From Desulfatiglandales bacterium (GTDB taxonomy: Bacteria > Desulfobacterota > DSM-4660 > Desulfatiglandales > Desulfatiglandaceae): 64,000 nucleotides of DNA. The notes under the pieces are model-generated. The model saw only the letters and a program-made list of their open reading frames with translations. It was not told the DNA's origin and searched no databases. The position numbers and the translations under genes were made by a program. Position 1 is the stretch's first letter. Each line of letters begins with the position of its first letter. Where the stretch lies: positions 1,824,001 to 1,888,000 of the forward strand of contig OY759599.1 in NCBI GenBank assembly GCA_963662465.1, given 5' to 3'. Positions 29,713-39,232 of this stretch are shown here, piece after piece.

Positions 29713-32127
29713 TTATATCTCATAATCATTTGCAAAAATTTCGCTGTCCAGTTTCTTAACCTTATCATATTGTTTTCGAGCGGCCAGCAGTTCGTCGCCA
29801 AGGGTTTCAAAGGCCTGGGCAATGTCCTGGTCGTTCCGGCTTCGGCCATAGATATCCAGGATGCGCTCTTCAAATTCCATCTCGCTCTTGGTTTGTCCCA
29901 GGACCAGATCCACTTCTCCGATCACCAGTTCAAACAGGTTGATGCGTTTGTCGAGTACATCAAGGATATGGTGTTCGGCCGTGTTGTCGGCGCACAGGTT
30001 ATATACGTGTACGGGCCGGGTTTGTCCGATGCGATGGATACGCCCGATGCGTTGCTCAATTTTCATGGGGTTCCAGGGCAGATCATAGTTGACCATGGTG
30101 GAACAGAACTGAAGGTTTCGGCCTTCTCCACCGATCTCGGAGCAGAGCATTACATTGCACCCGTTCTGGAAATTGAGGACGGCCTGGTCTTTTTCGGACG
30201 CGCTCATTTTTCCCTTGAACATGGAAAAGTCGACGCCTGCTTCCGAAAGTCGCTTCCCGATGTCTTCGAGGGTGGCCGTAAAACGTGAAAACACCAGCAC
30301 TTTTTCGCGGCTTACCTTCAATAGCGCCAACAGACGGGCAGTTTTGGCGGTATCGGGGACATAATCGCACAGCCTGGCCAGTTTACCCATCTCCTTTTTG
30401 AAATCGCTGTCCACCCGGGGATGCTCACACAGCTTTAGCAGGGTTTTTCGAACCGCCCCCGGGCTGGAACCGGCTTCCTGCAACAGCAGCCCCAGGGACA
30501 GGCGATTCATGTTGTTTTGAAAGCCTTTGCGCACCAGATCCGTCAGTCTGGCATACAATTCCCGTTCCGCCGGCGCGCCTTCCACCAGGACCGTGACAGC
30601 ATGGCGGGGCGGCAGTTTGATGTCGGCCAGGGCCCGGGTATTGCGAATCATGACCTCCCCGATGAGTCCCCGGAGTTCCTCACGGTTTCTGGGCTGGGTG
30701 GGATCACCGCGCAGCACAAATTGACGTCTGAATGCCGTTTTGGTCCCCAGTTGACCCGGCTTTAACAGGGTCACCAGACTGAACAGATCCATGAGGTTGT
30801 TTTCCACCGGGGTAGCGCTCAGCAACAGCAGAAAACGGCTTTTCAATTCGTTGATAAGCTTCCACCCCACTGTCCTGTCATTCTTCACGTGATGGGCCTC
30901 ATCCACGATAACCATGTCAAACCCGATATGGGTTAACAGGGGTCGGTGATGTTTGTTCCGAGCCAGGGCCAGGGAAGCCACGATCAAATCGTTACTTTTC
31001 CAGAAATGTTCCGGGTCTTGACGTAATTCAGGGGAATCCGTCGATACCGCTTTGATCTGGAATTTTGCCGCCAGTTCCTCGCACCACTGGCTGGTGAGGG
31101 CCGGCGGCGTCAGAATCAGTGCCTTTTTCACCATGCCCCGCATGAGGTATTCCTTGAGCACCATGCCGGCTTCGATGGTTTTTCCCAATCCCACTTCATC
31201 GGCCAGCAACACCCGGCCCCTGAAAGAGCGCATCACCTTTCGGACCGTATCCACCTGGTAGGCGTACTGCTCCACGCCCTTCAAGGTATTGACGCAGATG
31301 AGGTTGTCAAAGTGATCCGCCTGGGAAAATCGGCTCGCCTCCTGAGCCAAAAGGTACTTTTTGATATTGGCCACCTTGCCGGATAGAAAATGCGCATACA
31401 AATCATCCGGGCTCCGGATCAAGGCCGTCATATGGATTTTCGGCGGTTCGGGTTTCGGCGGCGCCTTCGGTTCAGGGTTTGGAAGCTTGGTACGGCCTGA
31501 AGAGGACTGTTTCAATTTGCGTCCGGTTACTTTTTTTTCTTTCGATACACGGGGGCTAACAGGCTTTCCCTTTACCGCGGTTTTTTTCGAGGTTTTGAAT
31601 GCTTTTCCGAATATGCTCCCTGACCCGCCGCTTTTTTTCGACTTTCGGTCAACACCGGACCCAGCCTGCTGGGAAGAAGTCTCTAACTGAGTCCGTAATG
31701 ACAGGACAATCCGCTTGATCATACCGGGATCTATACCCGTCTCTTCAAAAAATAACGTGCTGCACTGAGTGACCTTCTCAAGAAGTGGGAGAACCTTTTC
31801 AAATTCGCCGGTTTTAATAATCCTGAGGCCGTACATGAGGGATTCTTCGGGCGAAAGCGGCCTCAGCTGTTGGAGTTTCTGAAAGCACCAGATGACATTG
31901 TTATCGTCATAACCCTCCTCCATAAGAATCTGCGCCGTCAAACGATAGGCATCCGCGTAATCGGGATGTTTTCGTATTACAGTACGGATCAGATCCAGGG
32001 CAAAATCCGGTTTGCCTTTTCGCCACTTGGATTCAGCCAGGTTTATAGCGCCTTCGCAATAACTTTTTCCCAGCCACGACAATTCTTTAGAATCACTTAA
32101 GTTGGGTTTTCTTTTTTTTAAAACCAT
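29713..32127 (-). CDS. SNF2-family (YqhH/RapA-like) helicase with TPR-like N-terminus
   Basis: LADEVGLGKT, QWCEEL, VDEAHH, LSATP, GGEGRNLQ and YDLPWNPMKIEQRIGRIHRIGQ. Confidence 0.92.
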   Translation of the reverse strand: MVLKKRKPNLSDSKELSWLGKSYCEGAINLAESKWRKGKPDFALDLIRTVIRKHPDYADAYRLTAQILMEEGYDDNNVIWCFQKLQQLRPLSPEESLMYGLRIIKTGEFEKVLPLLEKVTQCSTLFFEETGIDPGMIKRIVLSLRTQLETSSQQAGSGVDRKSKKSGGSGSIFGKAFKTSKKTAVKGKPVSPRVSKEKKVTGRKLKQSSSGRTKLPNPEPKAPPKPEPPKIHMTALIRSPDDLYAHFLSGKVANIKKYLLAQEASRFSQADHFDNLICVNTLKGVEQYAYQVDTVRKVMRSFRGRVLLADEVGLGKTIEAGMVLKEYLMRGMVKKALILTPPALTSQWCEELAAKFQIKAVSTDSPELRQDPEHFWKSNDLIVASLALARNKHHRPLLTHIGFDMVIVDEAHHVKNDRTVGWKLINELKSRFLLLLSATPVENNLMDLFSLVTLLKPGQLGTKTAFRRQFVLRGDPTQPRNREELRGLIGEVMIRNTRALADIKLPPRHAVTVLVEGAPAERELYARLTDLVRKGFQNNMNRLSLGLLLQEAGSSPGAVRKTLLKLCEHPRVDSDFKKEMGKLARLCDYVPDTAKTARLLALLKVSREKVLVFSRFTATLEDIGKRLSEAGVDFSMFKGKMSASEKDQAVLNFQNGCNVMLCSEIGGEGRNLQFCSTMVNYDLPWNPMKIEQRIGRIHRIGQTRPVHVYNLCADNTAEHHILDVLDKRINLFELVIGEVDLVLGQTKSEMEFEERILDIYGRSRNDQDIAQAFETLGDELLAARKQYDKVKKLDSEIFANDYEI

Positions 32128-32347
32128 CCCGGTCTCAGTGCTTTCAGTTTATCTTAAGTCAAAATTTTAGGGTCAGGGTAAAAAAGCGCGGCCTGAATGA
32201 AAAATCTCCCCAACCATTCGATTTGCGAGTATAAAGCACATCAAATTGTGCGTCAACCAAAAACACAACACAACATGTGGTCTATAAAATCACTACACGT
32301 CCGAGCAAAACCAATGGATGCACAGATCGCTGTTCCGACTCAATAAA

Positions 32348-33658
32348 TCACCCGGCATTAAATTTTTTCAGTATCATCATCCGACTGCTCGCGATCACGT
32401 AACCCAAAAAACATAAAAGCAGCAGCCCCCCCAGCATTTCCGAATCCCTGGCTTTTATAAGATAGGCGGTAATGAAAACCACCACAAAGCCGAACAGAAC
32501 GATCAGGGTCCGCGGCAAGCGCTTCAGTATGACGCGACCAAAATGAACAAACCGAATATGGCTTATCAGCAAAAATGAGGTCAAACAAACAATGGTCATT
32601 ATGGCCCAGGGCCTGTTGCAGAACAGGCAGGCGCCCAGGGCGGCCATGGCCCCCGCAGGACTGGGCAGTCCGTTAAAAACACCGGCAGGCAGGCTGTGAT
32701 CATGTTTGTCCCGGATGAGGTATCGCCACAGCCGAAACCCTATGGCCAAAGAATAAAGGCTCCCGAAAACGAAAAATGGGAGCGTCATCTCTCCTTTGAG
32801 GATGATCAACAATCCCGGGCAGACGCCAAAACTAACCAGATCGGCAATATCATCAAACCAGGGCCCGAATTTGGTGCCGCCATGTTTCTCCGCCATCCGG
32901 CCATCAAACAGATCAAAAATCTGTCCCGCAAGGATTGCCATGGTCGCATAGGCATACCATCCCTGAAAAACAAAAATGGTCCCCATAATACCGCAAAAAA
33001 GGTTTAACATGGATAAGATATCGGCATAAAATCGATTCGCTATCAGCTTAAAGACAATGGATGAAACGGACAGGATAATGCACAAATAAAGCATTTGCGT
33101 CGAAAAATCGGGGATTGGGAAAGCATCATTAAGGAGGGTGCAGTAAATGATCAAGGAAAAGCACAGCACCGCCTTGATCTTTCCAAAATTATTTGCCGCC
33201 ACTGAGAATAGGGTGAAATGCTTGATGATATATCTGACCAGGAACTGCCCGCATATCTCAACGCTCACCAAGACCCATACTGCGGCTACACTTAAATACC
33301 CCTCGTATGCAAAAAACAGGAGGGGGGGCAAATAGGTCAATTTATCGCATAAGGGATCAATTTCCTCTCCAAAAGGGGTCGTCAGGTTACACTGTCTGGC
33401 AACAAGCCCATCAACACCGTCCAGGACCGCCGAAATAGAAAACAAGAGGATGCCCAAAGCATGCTGCTCGGCCAGAAAATACAACAGCGTGCCCGAAATG
33501 CCGATGATCACTCGCCAGAGACAGATAAGATTGGGGTGAAAAAACCAGTGTTGGCCTAGAAAATTCCGTCCTTTTTCGGTCTTTAAAAGCAGAACGAAAG
33601 CCAGATACATCAAAAAGGAAATGAGTGCGGATATACTAATGTAAATAATCCTGTCCAA
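32348..33658 (-). CDS. Tandem double-domain CDP-alcohol phosphatidyltransferase (PgsA-like plus PssA-like)
   Basis: Two signatures, DGVDGLVARQ..GEEIDPLCD and DLFDGRMAEK..GPWFDDIAD, plus FNGLPSP. TTG 33658 follows RBS AAGGAG. Confidence 0.85.
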   Translation of the reverse strand: MDRIIYISISALISFLMYLAFVLLLKTEKGRNFLGQHWFFHPNLICLWRVIIGISGTLLYFLAEQHALGILLFSISAVLDGVDGLVARQCNLTTPFGEEIDPLCDKLTYLPPLLFFAYEGYLSVAAVWVLVSVEICGQFLVRYIIKHFTLFSVAANNFGKIKAVLCFSLIIYCTLLNDAFPIPDFSTQMLYLCIILSVSSIVFKLIANRFYADILSMLNLFCGIMGTIFVFQGWYAYATMAILAGQIFDLFDGRMAEKHGGTKFGPWFDDIADLVSFGVCPGLLIILKGEMTLPFFVFGSLYSLAIGFRLWRYLIRDKHDHSLPAGVFNGLPSPAGAMAALGACLFCNRPWAIMTIVCLTSFLLISHIRFVHFGRVILKRLPRTLIVLFGFVVVFITAYLIKARDSEMLGGLLLLCFLGYVIASSRMMILKKFNAG

Positions 33659-33845
33659 TGAAGTCTCCTTATGGCAAATAAGCAAATTCAGGCTGTTTAT
33701 CAGTTTTTTGTATGACGCCCGCTTGAGGCGAAACTACAATTTTGTCATATTTTTTTTACATAAATACAATTGTGTTTGGCAAAGAAGTGGGTCATGATTT
33801 ATTCAAATTACTGTTTTTAAAGACTTAAGCAGGGAATACTTCAAA

Positions 33846-33861
33846 TGGCATATGGTTTGCA
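33846..33861 (+). promoter_or_regulatory. Sigma54 (-24/-12) promoter of amtB-glnK
   Basis: TGGCATATGGTTTGCA with canonical GG-N10-GC spacing, upstream of nitrogen-regulated genes. Confidence 0.82.
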
Positions 33862-33897
33862 ATCTCTTTTTAAAAAAAAACAGGAGGAGAAAAAATT

Positions 33898-35118
33898 ATG
33901 AATGCAGGAGATACCGTTTTCGTACTGATATCCGCTGCCCTGGTAATGCTGATGACCCCGGGTCTGGCCCTTTTTTATGGTGGAATGGTTAGGAGCAAAA
34001 ATATTCTAGGGACACTCATGCAGAGTTTCGTCATTCTGGGGATCATTACCGTTGAGTGGGTACTTTGGGGCTACACCATGAGTTTTGGTCCGGATCACGG
34101 TGGCCTGATCGGAGGGTTAACCATGTTGGGGCTGAATGGCGTCGGGATGACGCCTAGTCCCGACTATGGTTCCACCATCCCTCAACTGGCCTTTATGATT
34201 TTTCAATGCATGTTTGCCATCATCACCCCGGCCCTCATCGCGGGTGCTGTTGCCGAACGCATGAAATTCAGTGCTTTTATCCTTTTTACGCTTTTGTGGT
34301 CTACATTTGTGTACAACCCCCTATGCCACTGGGTATGGGCTATGGGCGGATGGATGGGTAAGCTCGGCGCCCTTGATTTTGCGGGCGGCACGGTGGTGCA
34401 TATCAGCTCGGGGATTTCAGCCCTGGCCGCGGCCCTCCTTGTCGGCAGAAGACTGGGATATGGCGCCACGGCCTTCATCCCCCACAACCTTCCCATGACC
34501 CTCACAGGTGCTGCCCTTCTCTGGTTCGGGTGGTTCGGATTCAATGCCGGGAGCGCCCTGGCCGCCGACGGACTTGCCGCCAGCGCGTTCGTGGTCACCC
34601 ATATTGCCTCGGCCGTGGCGGCCCTATCGTGGATTATTTTTGAATGGATTCATCGAGGCAAACCCACCACTCTCGGCGTTGCTTCGGGAGCTGTTGCGGG
34701 ACTGGTGGCCATTACGCCCGCATCCGGCTTTGTGGGACCCATGAGTTCCATTGCCATCGGTTTCCTGGCGGGCGCTTTCTGCTACGGCGGCGTACTGCTG
34801 AAAACGAGACTGGGGTATGACGACTCCCTGGACGTGGTTGGGATTCACGGCGTAGGCGGCACCTGGGGAGCGCTTGCCACGGGACTGTTTGCCAGTACCG
34901 AGATCAATCCGGCCGGCGCAAACGGGCTATTCTTCGGGAATCCCGGCCAGTTGTGGATTCAGTTCGTCTCCGTTATCGCAACCATGGCCTTTGCCTTTGT
35001 CATGACATTGATAATTCTGAAAATAGTCGACAAGTTGGTGGGCCTTAGAATCACCGAAGATGAAGAACGAATGGGTATGGATACCAGCATCCATAATGAA
35101 GCGGGATACACCTATTAA
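33898..35118 (+). CDS. amtB: Ammonium transporter
   Basis: LMTPGLALFYGG, DFAGGTVVH, WFGWFGFNAGS and DDSLDVVGIHG. Confidence 0.96.
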   Translation: MNAGDTVFVLISAALVMLMTPGLALFYGGMVRSKNILGTLMQSFVILGIITVEWVLWGYTMSFGPDHGGLIGGLTMLGLNGVGMTPSPDYGSTIPQLAFMIFQCMFAIITPALIAGAVAERMKFSAFILFTLLWSTFVYNPLCHWVWAMGGWMGKLGALDFAGGTVVHISSGISALAAALLVGRRLGYGATAFIPHNLPMTLTGAALLWFGWFGFNAGSALAADGLAASAFVVTHIASAVAALSWIIFEWIHRGKPTTLGVASGAVAGLVAITPASGFVGPMSSIAIGFLAGAFCYGGVLLKTRLGYDDSLDVVGIHGVGGTWGALATGLFASTEINPAGANGLFFGNPGQLWIQFVSVIATMAFAFVMTLIILKIVDKLVGLRITEDEERMGMDTSIHNEAGYTY

Positions 35119-35123
35119 ATTAG

Positions 35124-35614
<491 letters not shown>

Positions 35615-35775
35615 AATTGTAAACCGCAAACCAATTATAAGTTACAAAACCATTATAAGTTACAGGGTACCGGGAAAGATGTTGTGATTTTGCTGAAATA
35701 AGCCCCTTGACACAAGCCTTTTGGAAATGTAACACATGGGCCTTGATCAAACCAAGTCTCGACGGGGAGGGTTAA

Positions 35776-37257
35776 ATGAGACATAAAAGGCCCGAAACGA
35801 AAGGCGTTTATTTTTTACTGGCGTTGTGGTTCCTGTTCGTCGTTTGTCCGAATTCCCTGCCGGCTGCGGAGGGGGACAAAAAGTGGGAGATTTCTTTGGG
35901 GAGCAGTATTTATTCCTCCCCGGCCATCGGGTCCACCGGCGTCATCTATGTGGGTGGGCAGGACAGCAATCTCTATGCCGTAAATTCCGACGGAACCCTG
36001 AAATGGACCTTTGAAACGGCAGGCGAAATCAGTTCTTCACCCGCCGTTGGCTACGACGACATTGTCTACGTGGGTTCGGAAGACGGGAATTTCTATGCCG
36101 TCAAATCGGACGGCACTCAAAACTGGGTTTTTTCGGAGGCAACCGGCGGCATAACCTCCTCCCCGGCCATCGGGTCCACCGGCACGGTCTATTTTGGCTC
36201 AAAAGACATGAAGCTGTATGCCGTCAAATCAGACGGCACAACCGAGCAGGGGGAATGGCCCTTTACTGCTAACGGCGCCATAACCGCTTCTCCGGTTGTG
36301 GCCTCGGATGGAACCATTTATGTGGGTTCAGAAAGCGGCAAACTTTATGCCGTTAAATCAACCGGGAAAAAAAACTGGGAATTTCCCTCTAGTACCACCA
36401 TTGGCAGCATCCATTCCTCCCCAGCCATTGGCGCGGATGGAACCCTCTACGTGGGTTCCGATGACTTCAAGGTTTACGCCGTCAGTTCCGATGGAACTGA
36501 GAAATGGACCTTCACAACCAGCGGAAAAGTACTCTCATCCCCTTCGATTCGCGGAGACGGCGTCATCCTGGTGGGATCAAATGATGGAAAGCTCTATGCC
36601 ATCACAAAGGAAGGCACTTCATTCTGGGCTTTTTCAGCTGATAATAACCCGGTCCGTTCCTCTCCGGCGATAGGCCTTGATGAAACCCTCTATTTTGGCT
36701 CGGATGATCAGAAACTCTACGCCATAAATGCCAGTGGTGTGGAAAAGTGGCGTTTCCTGGCGGAGGGCAAGGTCTCTGCGTCTCCGGCCATCGGTTTCGG
36801 GGGAGATATCTACGTGGGAACGGAAGCCGGAAAACTGTATGCAATTGAAAGCAATTCCGTGCGGCTTGCCTCCGGCTTGTGGCCCTCTTTTCACCACGAC
36901 GTTCGACATACAGGTCGAAACTATACCAATTCAGGGCCGGCGGCCGACGCGGGTGCAGATCAAACCGTAAAATCCGGCAACACGGTCACCTTAAGCGGTT
37001 CTGATACATTGGATCCCGATTATGGCATTCCACTCTACAATTGGACCCAGACCGAGGGCGACACGGTCACGTTAAATGATTCCGCTTCCGTTACGCCGAG
37101 TTTTTCCGCTCCCAGTGTTGATGATGACAGTAAAACACTCACGTTTCAACTGGAAGTAACCGACAACGGCGGCTTGACAGATACGGATACGGTCCAGATT
37201 ACCGTCGAAAAAAATGACGATGACGGCGGTTGCTTTATCGGTGCAATCACAAATTAA
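35776..37257 (+). CDS. Secreted PQQ-like beta-propeller plus PKD-like domain protein with C-terminal GGCFI tail
   Basis: Signal peptide; about 8 repeats of SSPAIG.DG.IYVGS.D..LYA; ADAGADQTV..FQLEVTDNGG; ends DDDGGCFIGAITN. Confidence 0.85.
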   Translation: MRHKRPETKGVYFLLALWFLFVVCPNSLPAAEGDKKWEISLGSSIYSSPAIGSTGVIYVGGQDSNLYAVNSDGTLKWTFETAGEISSSPAVGYDDIVYVGSEDGNFYAVKSDGTQNWVFSEATGGITSSPAIGSTGTVYFGSKDMKLYAVKSDGTTEQGEWPFTANGAITASPVVASDGTIYVGSESGKLYAVKSTGKKNWEFPSSTTIGSIHSSPAIGADGTLYVGSDDFKVYAVSSDGTEKWTFTTSGKVLSSPSIRGDGVILVGSNDGKLYAITKEGTSFWAFSADNNPVRSSPAIGLDETLYFGSDDQKLYAINASGVEKWRFLAEGKVSASPAIGFGGDIYVGTEAGKLYAIESNSVRLASGLWPSFHHDVRHTGRNYTNSGPAADAGADQTVKSGNTVTLSGSDTLDPDYGIPLYNWTQTEGDTVTLNDSASVTPSFSAPSVDDDSKTLTFQLEVTDNGGLTDTDTVQITVEKNDDDGGCFIGAITN

Positions 37258-37297
37258 GAATGAAACCGGAACTGCCCTTTATTCAACTCCGGATGCT

Positions 37298-37960
37298 TCA
37301 AGTGCTGACAAAAGAAATGGTAAAAATGGCCATATTTCCCAGAGCATGAAGGGTGATGGGAACCATGAGATTTCTCTCTGCCTCATATGCCAGGGCAAAA
37401 ACAATTGCACCGACGAAGTGGGTGAAGCAAATCCCGGAAAAAGCCATATGGGCCGAAATAAATGCCAGCGAACTCAGAACAACCGCGATGACAGCTCCCC
37501 ACCGCCTCAGAAAACCATAAACAACCCCCCTGAAAAACAGTTCTTCCGCCACGGGGGAGAGGATGCCGCCCACAAGGAAAAATAGAATTACATCACCCGT
37601 TCTGACGGGTAAAGGGGTTTTGATGAAGGATAACGGATCAATCCTTACGACCAAAAGAAAACCGGAAACGAAGAAGACAATTCCTCCCACCCCCCCGGAC
37701 CAGACCAAACCTCTCCTGAGCCCTTGAAACACTGTCCCCTGTGACAATCCGACAGCCGAAATCCCTTTTTTCCCAATAAGGACAACTCCGACCATCAGGC
37801 CCGCTTCAATCAAACGCGATACGCTCAAGAGAACCAGCGGAGAAACGGTCTCATGCCATGCCACTGTTCTCAAGGACGTCTCCACCGCCATAATGCCAAA
37901 AAGAACCATGACCAGCGTTCCGATATCGATAGGGTCTATGGCGACTTTACCTGCGTCCAT
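37298..37960 (-). CDS. CPBP/CAAX-family glutamic intramembrane protease
   Basis: PVAEELFFRG, FISAH and LHALGN motifs; multi-pass membrane protein. Confidence 0.88.
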   Translation of the reverse strand: MDAGKVAIDPIDIGTLVMVLFGIMAVETSLRTVAWHETVSPLVLLSVSRLIEAGLMVGVVLIGKKGISAVGLSQGTVFQGLRRGLVWSGGVGGIVFFVSGFLLVVRIDPLSFIKTPLPVRTGDVILFFLVGGILSPVAEELFFRGVVYGFLRRWGAVIAVVLSSLAFISAHMAFSGICFTHFVGAIVFALAYEAERNLMVPITLHALGNMAIFTISFVST

Positions 37961-37981
37961 GTAAAAGAAATGTAAAAAAAT

Positions 37982-38024
37982 AAAAAAAAGGCATGCCTTT
38001 TTTCAACACGGCATGCCTTTTTTT
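37982..38024 (-). terminator. Intrinsic terminator hairpin after the cold-shock gene
   Basis: AAAAAAAAGGCATGCC ... GGCATGCCTTTTTTT inverted repeat with A/T tails. Confidence 0.7.
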
Positions 38025-38047
38025 AAATCAAAAATAGATCGTTTTTA

Positions 38048-38248
38048 CTAAACAACAGTTACATTCACCGCCGCAGGACCCTTCTGTCCCTGCTCAACTT
38101 CAAACGTAACCTGATCGCCTTCGCTAAGATCCTTAAACCCGGAACCATTGATCCCCGTATGATGCACAAATACATCCGGACCATCTTCCTGCTCAATGAA
38201 CCCATACCCCTTGCTGCTGTTAAACCATTTTACAACGCCACTCGCCAT
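38048..38248 (-). CDS. Cold-shock protein (CspA family)
   Basis: [15 protein letters not shown] and DVFVHH; RBS AAGGAGG. Confidence 0.95.
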   Translation of the reverse strand: MASGVVKWFNSSKGYGFIEQEDGPDVFVHHTGINGSGFKDLSEGDQVTFEVEQGQKGPAAVNVTVV

Positions 38249-38515
38249 AATGACACCCTCCTTTCAAAAATTTCTCATAGTTCCAGACTTCAGGCGCCAC
38301 TTTAACAAATGGATCATTCCTTTAGCGCGAAACATGCCCGTAAAACAAAAGACGGACGCTTTATGATAGCCGCATAATAATCGCTTTTTCCCCGAAGTCA
38401 ACCCAAAACAGCAGCAATTCTCATTTCGAAAATATTTCTTCGGTCAGGCCTCTTTTCGAGTATGAAAAACCGTTTTGGGACTCGATTTGTACCATTGACC
38501 GGAAAGCATAAGATT

Positions 38516-39232
38516 TTACCAGCGGAAACTGACCTTCAAGCCTGAATCACAGGAGTCCAAAGAAATACGCATGTTTTCCCCGGAACGATCGGATACCATC
38601 CGTCGGTATTGTTCCCAGTCCTCTTTAGGGCCGCCCGGCTGGCCGAGGATATAGATTTCACCACCGATGAATCCGACGCCGGCGCTGATGGCGCCGCCGG
38701 CAACATCTCCCGCTTTCCCGGTTGCCACCCCTACCCCTGCGTTTAGCAACAGGTTACAGAGATGGAGAACCCAGTTTTCCCGCTCACATGCCCGTTTTGC
38801 ATTGTTTCTTAACAGGGTCTCCGCAGCTTCCAGTTTTTTCAGCTTTTGACCATGGGTTGCCTCCGGCAGGTTGCGGATCGGATCCGCGCCATAGCGCGCC
38901 TCAAGCGGTCTAAAAAGAAGATCCGCCACCCCCAGGGCAGCCAAACCCGCCTGGGACCCGAAATTCACGCGATCCGCAGTGTCGTCGGTGAGTCCCGCCG
39001 CCACACCCAGACCCACCATAGCCCCACTGTTAATGGCCATCCAGCTCCAATACCAGATTTCACCATGCCGTTTATGGGCCTCCAGTTTCGCTTCAATAAA
39101 CCGGATGCGATGGTCAATGACGGCATCAGAAAGCGCCGCATTATCCCAGGCAATCTGTTTGGGGTGCGGCCCGGCGCATGCCGAAATGCCAAAAATATAA
39201 AGCAGCATGAATACAACATTGAGATATTTCAT
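38516..39232 (-). CDS. Putative lipoprotein of unknown function
   Basis: Lipobox-like ISAC after a hydrophobic leader; ATGA overlap with the upstream gene. Confidence 0.65.
   Translation of the reverse strand: MKYLNVVFMLLYIFGISACAGPHPKQIAWDNAALSDAVIDHRIRFIEAKLEAHKRHGEIWYWSWMAINSGAMVGLGVAAGLTDDTADRVNFGSQAGLAALGVADLLFRPLEARYGADPIRNLPEATHGQKLKKLEAAETLLRNNAKRACERENWVLHLCNLLLNAGVGVATGKAGDVAGGAISAGVGFIGGEIYILGQPGGPKEDWEQYRRMVSDRSGENMRISLDSCDSGLKVSFRW

Noticed and set aside
22766..32127. Calling the operon BREX or Shango
   Set aside because: No recognisable pglZ, pglX/pglW, brxC/pglY or TerB-like gene, so only the ATPase-helicase module is shared.
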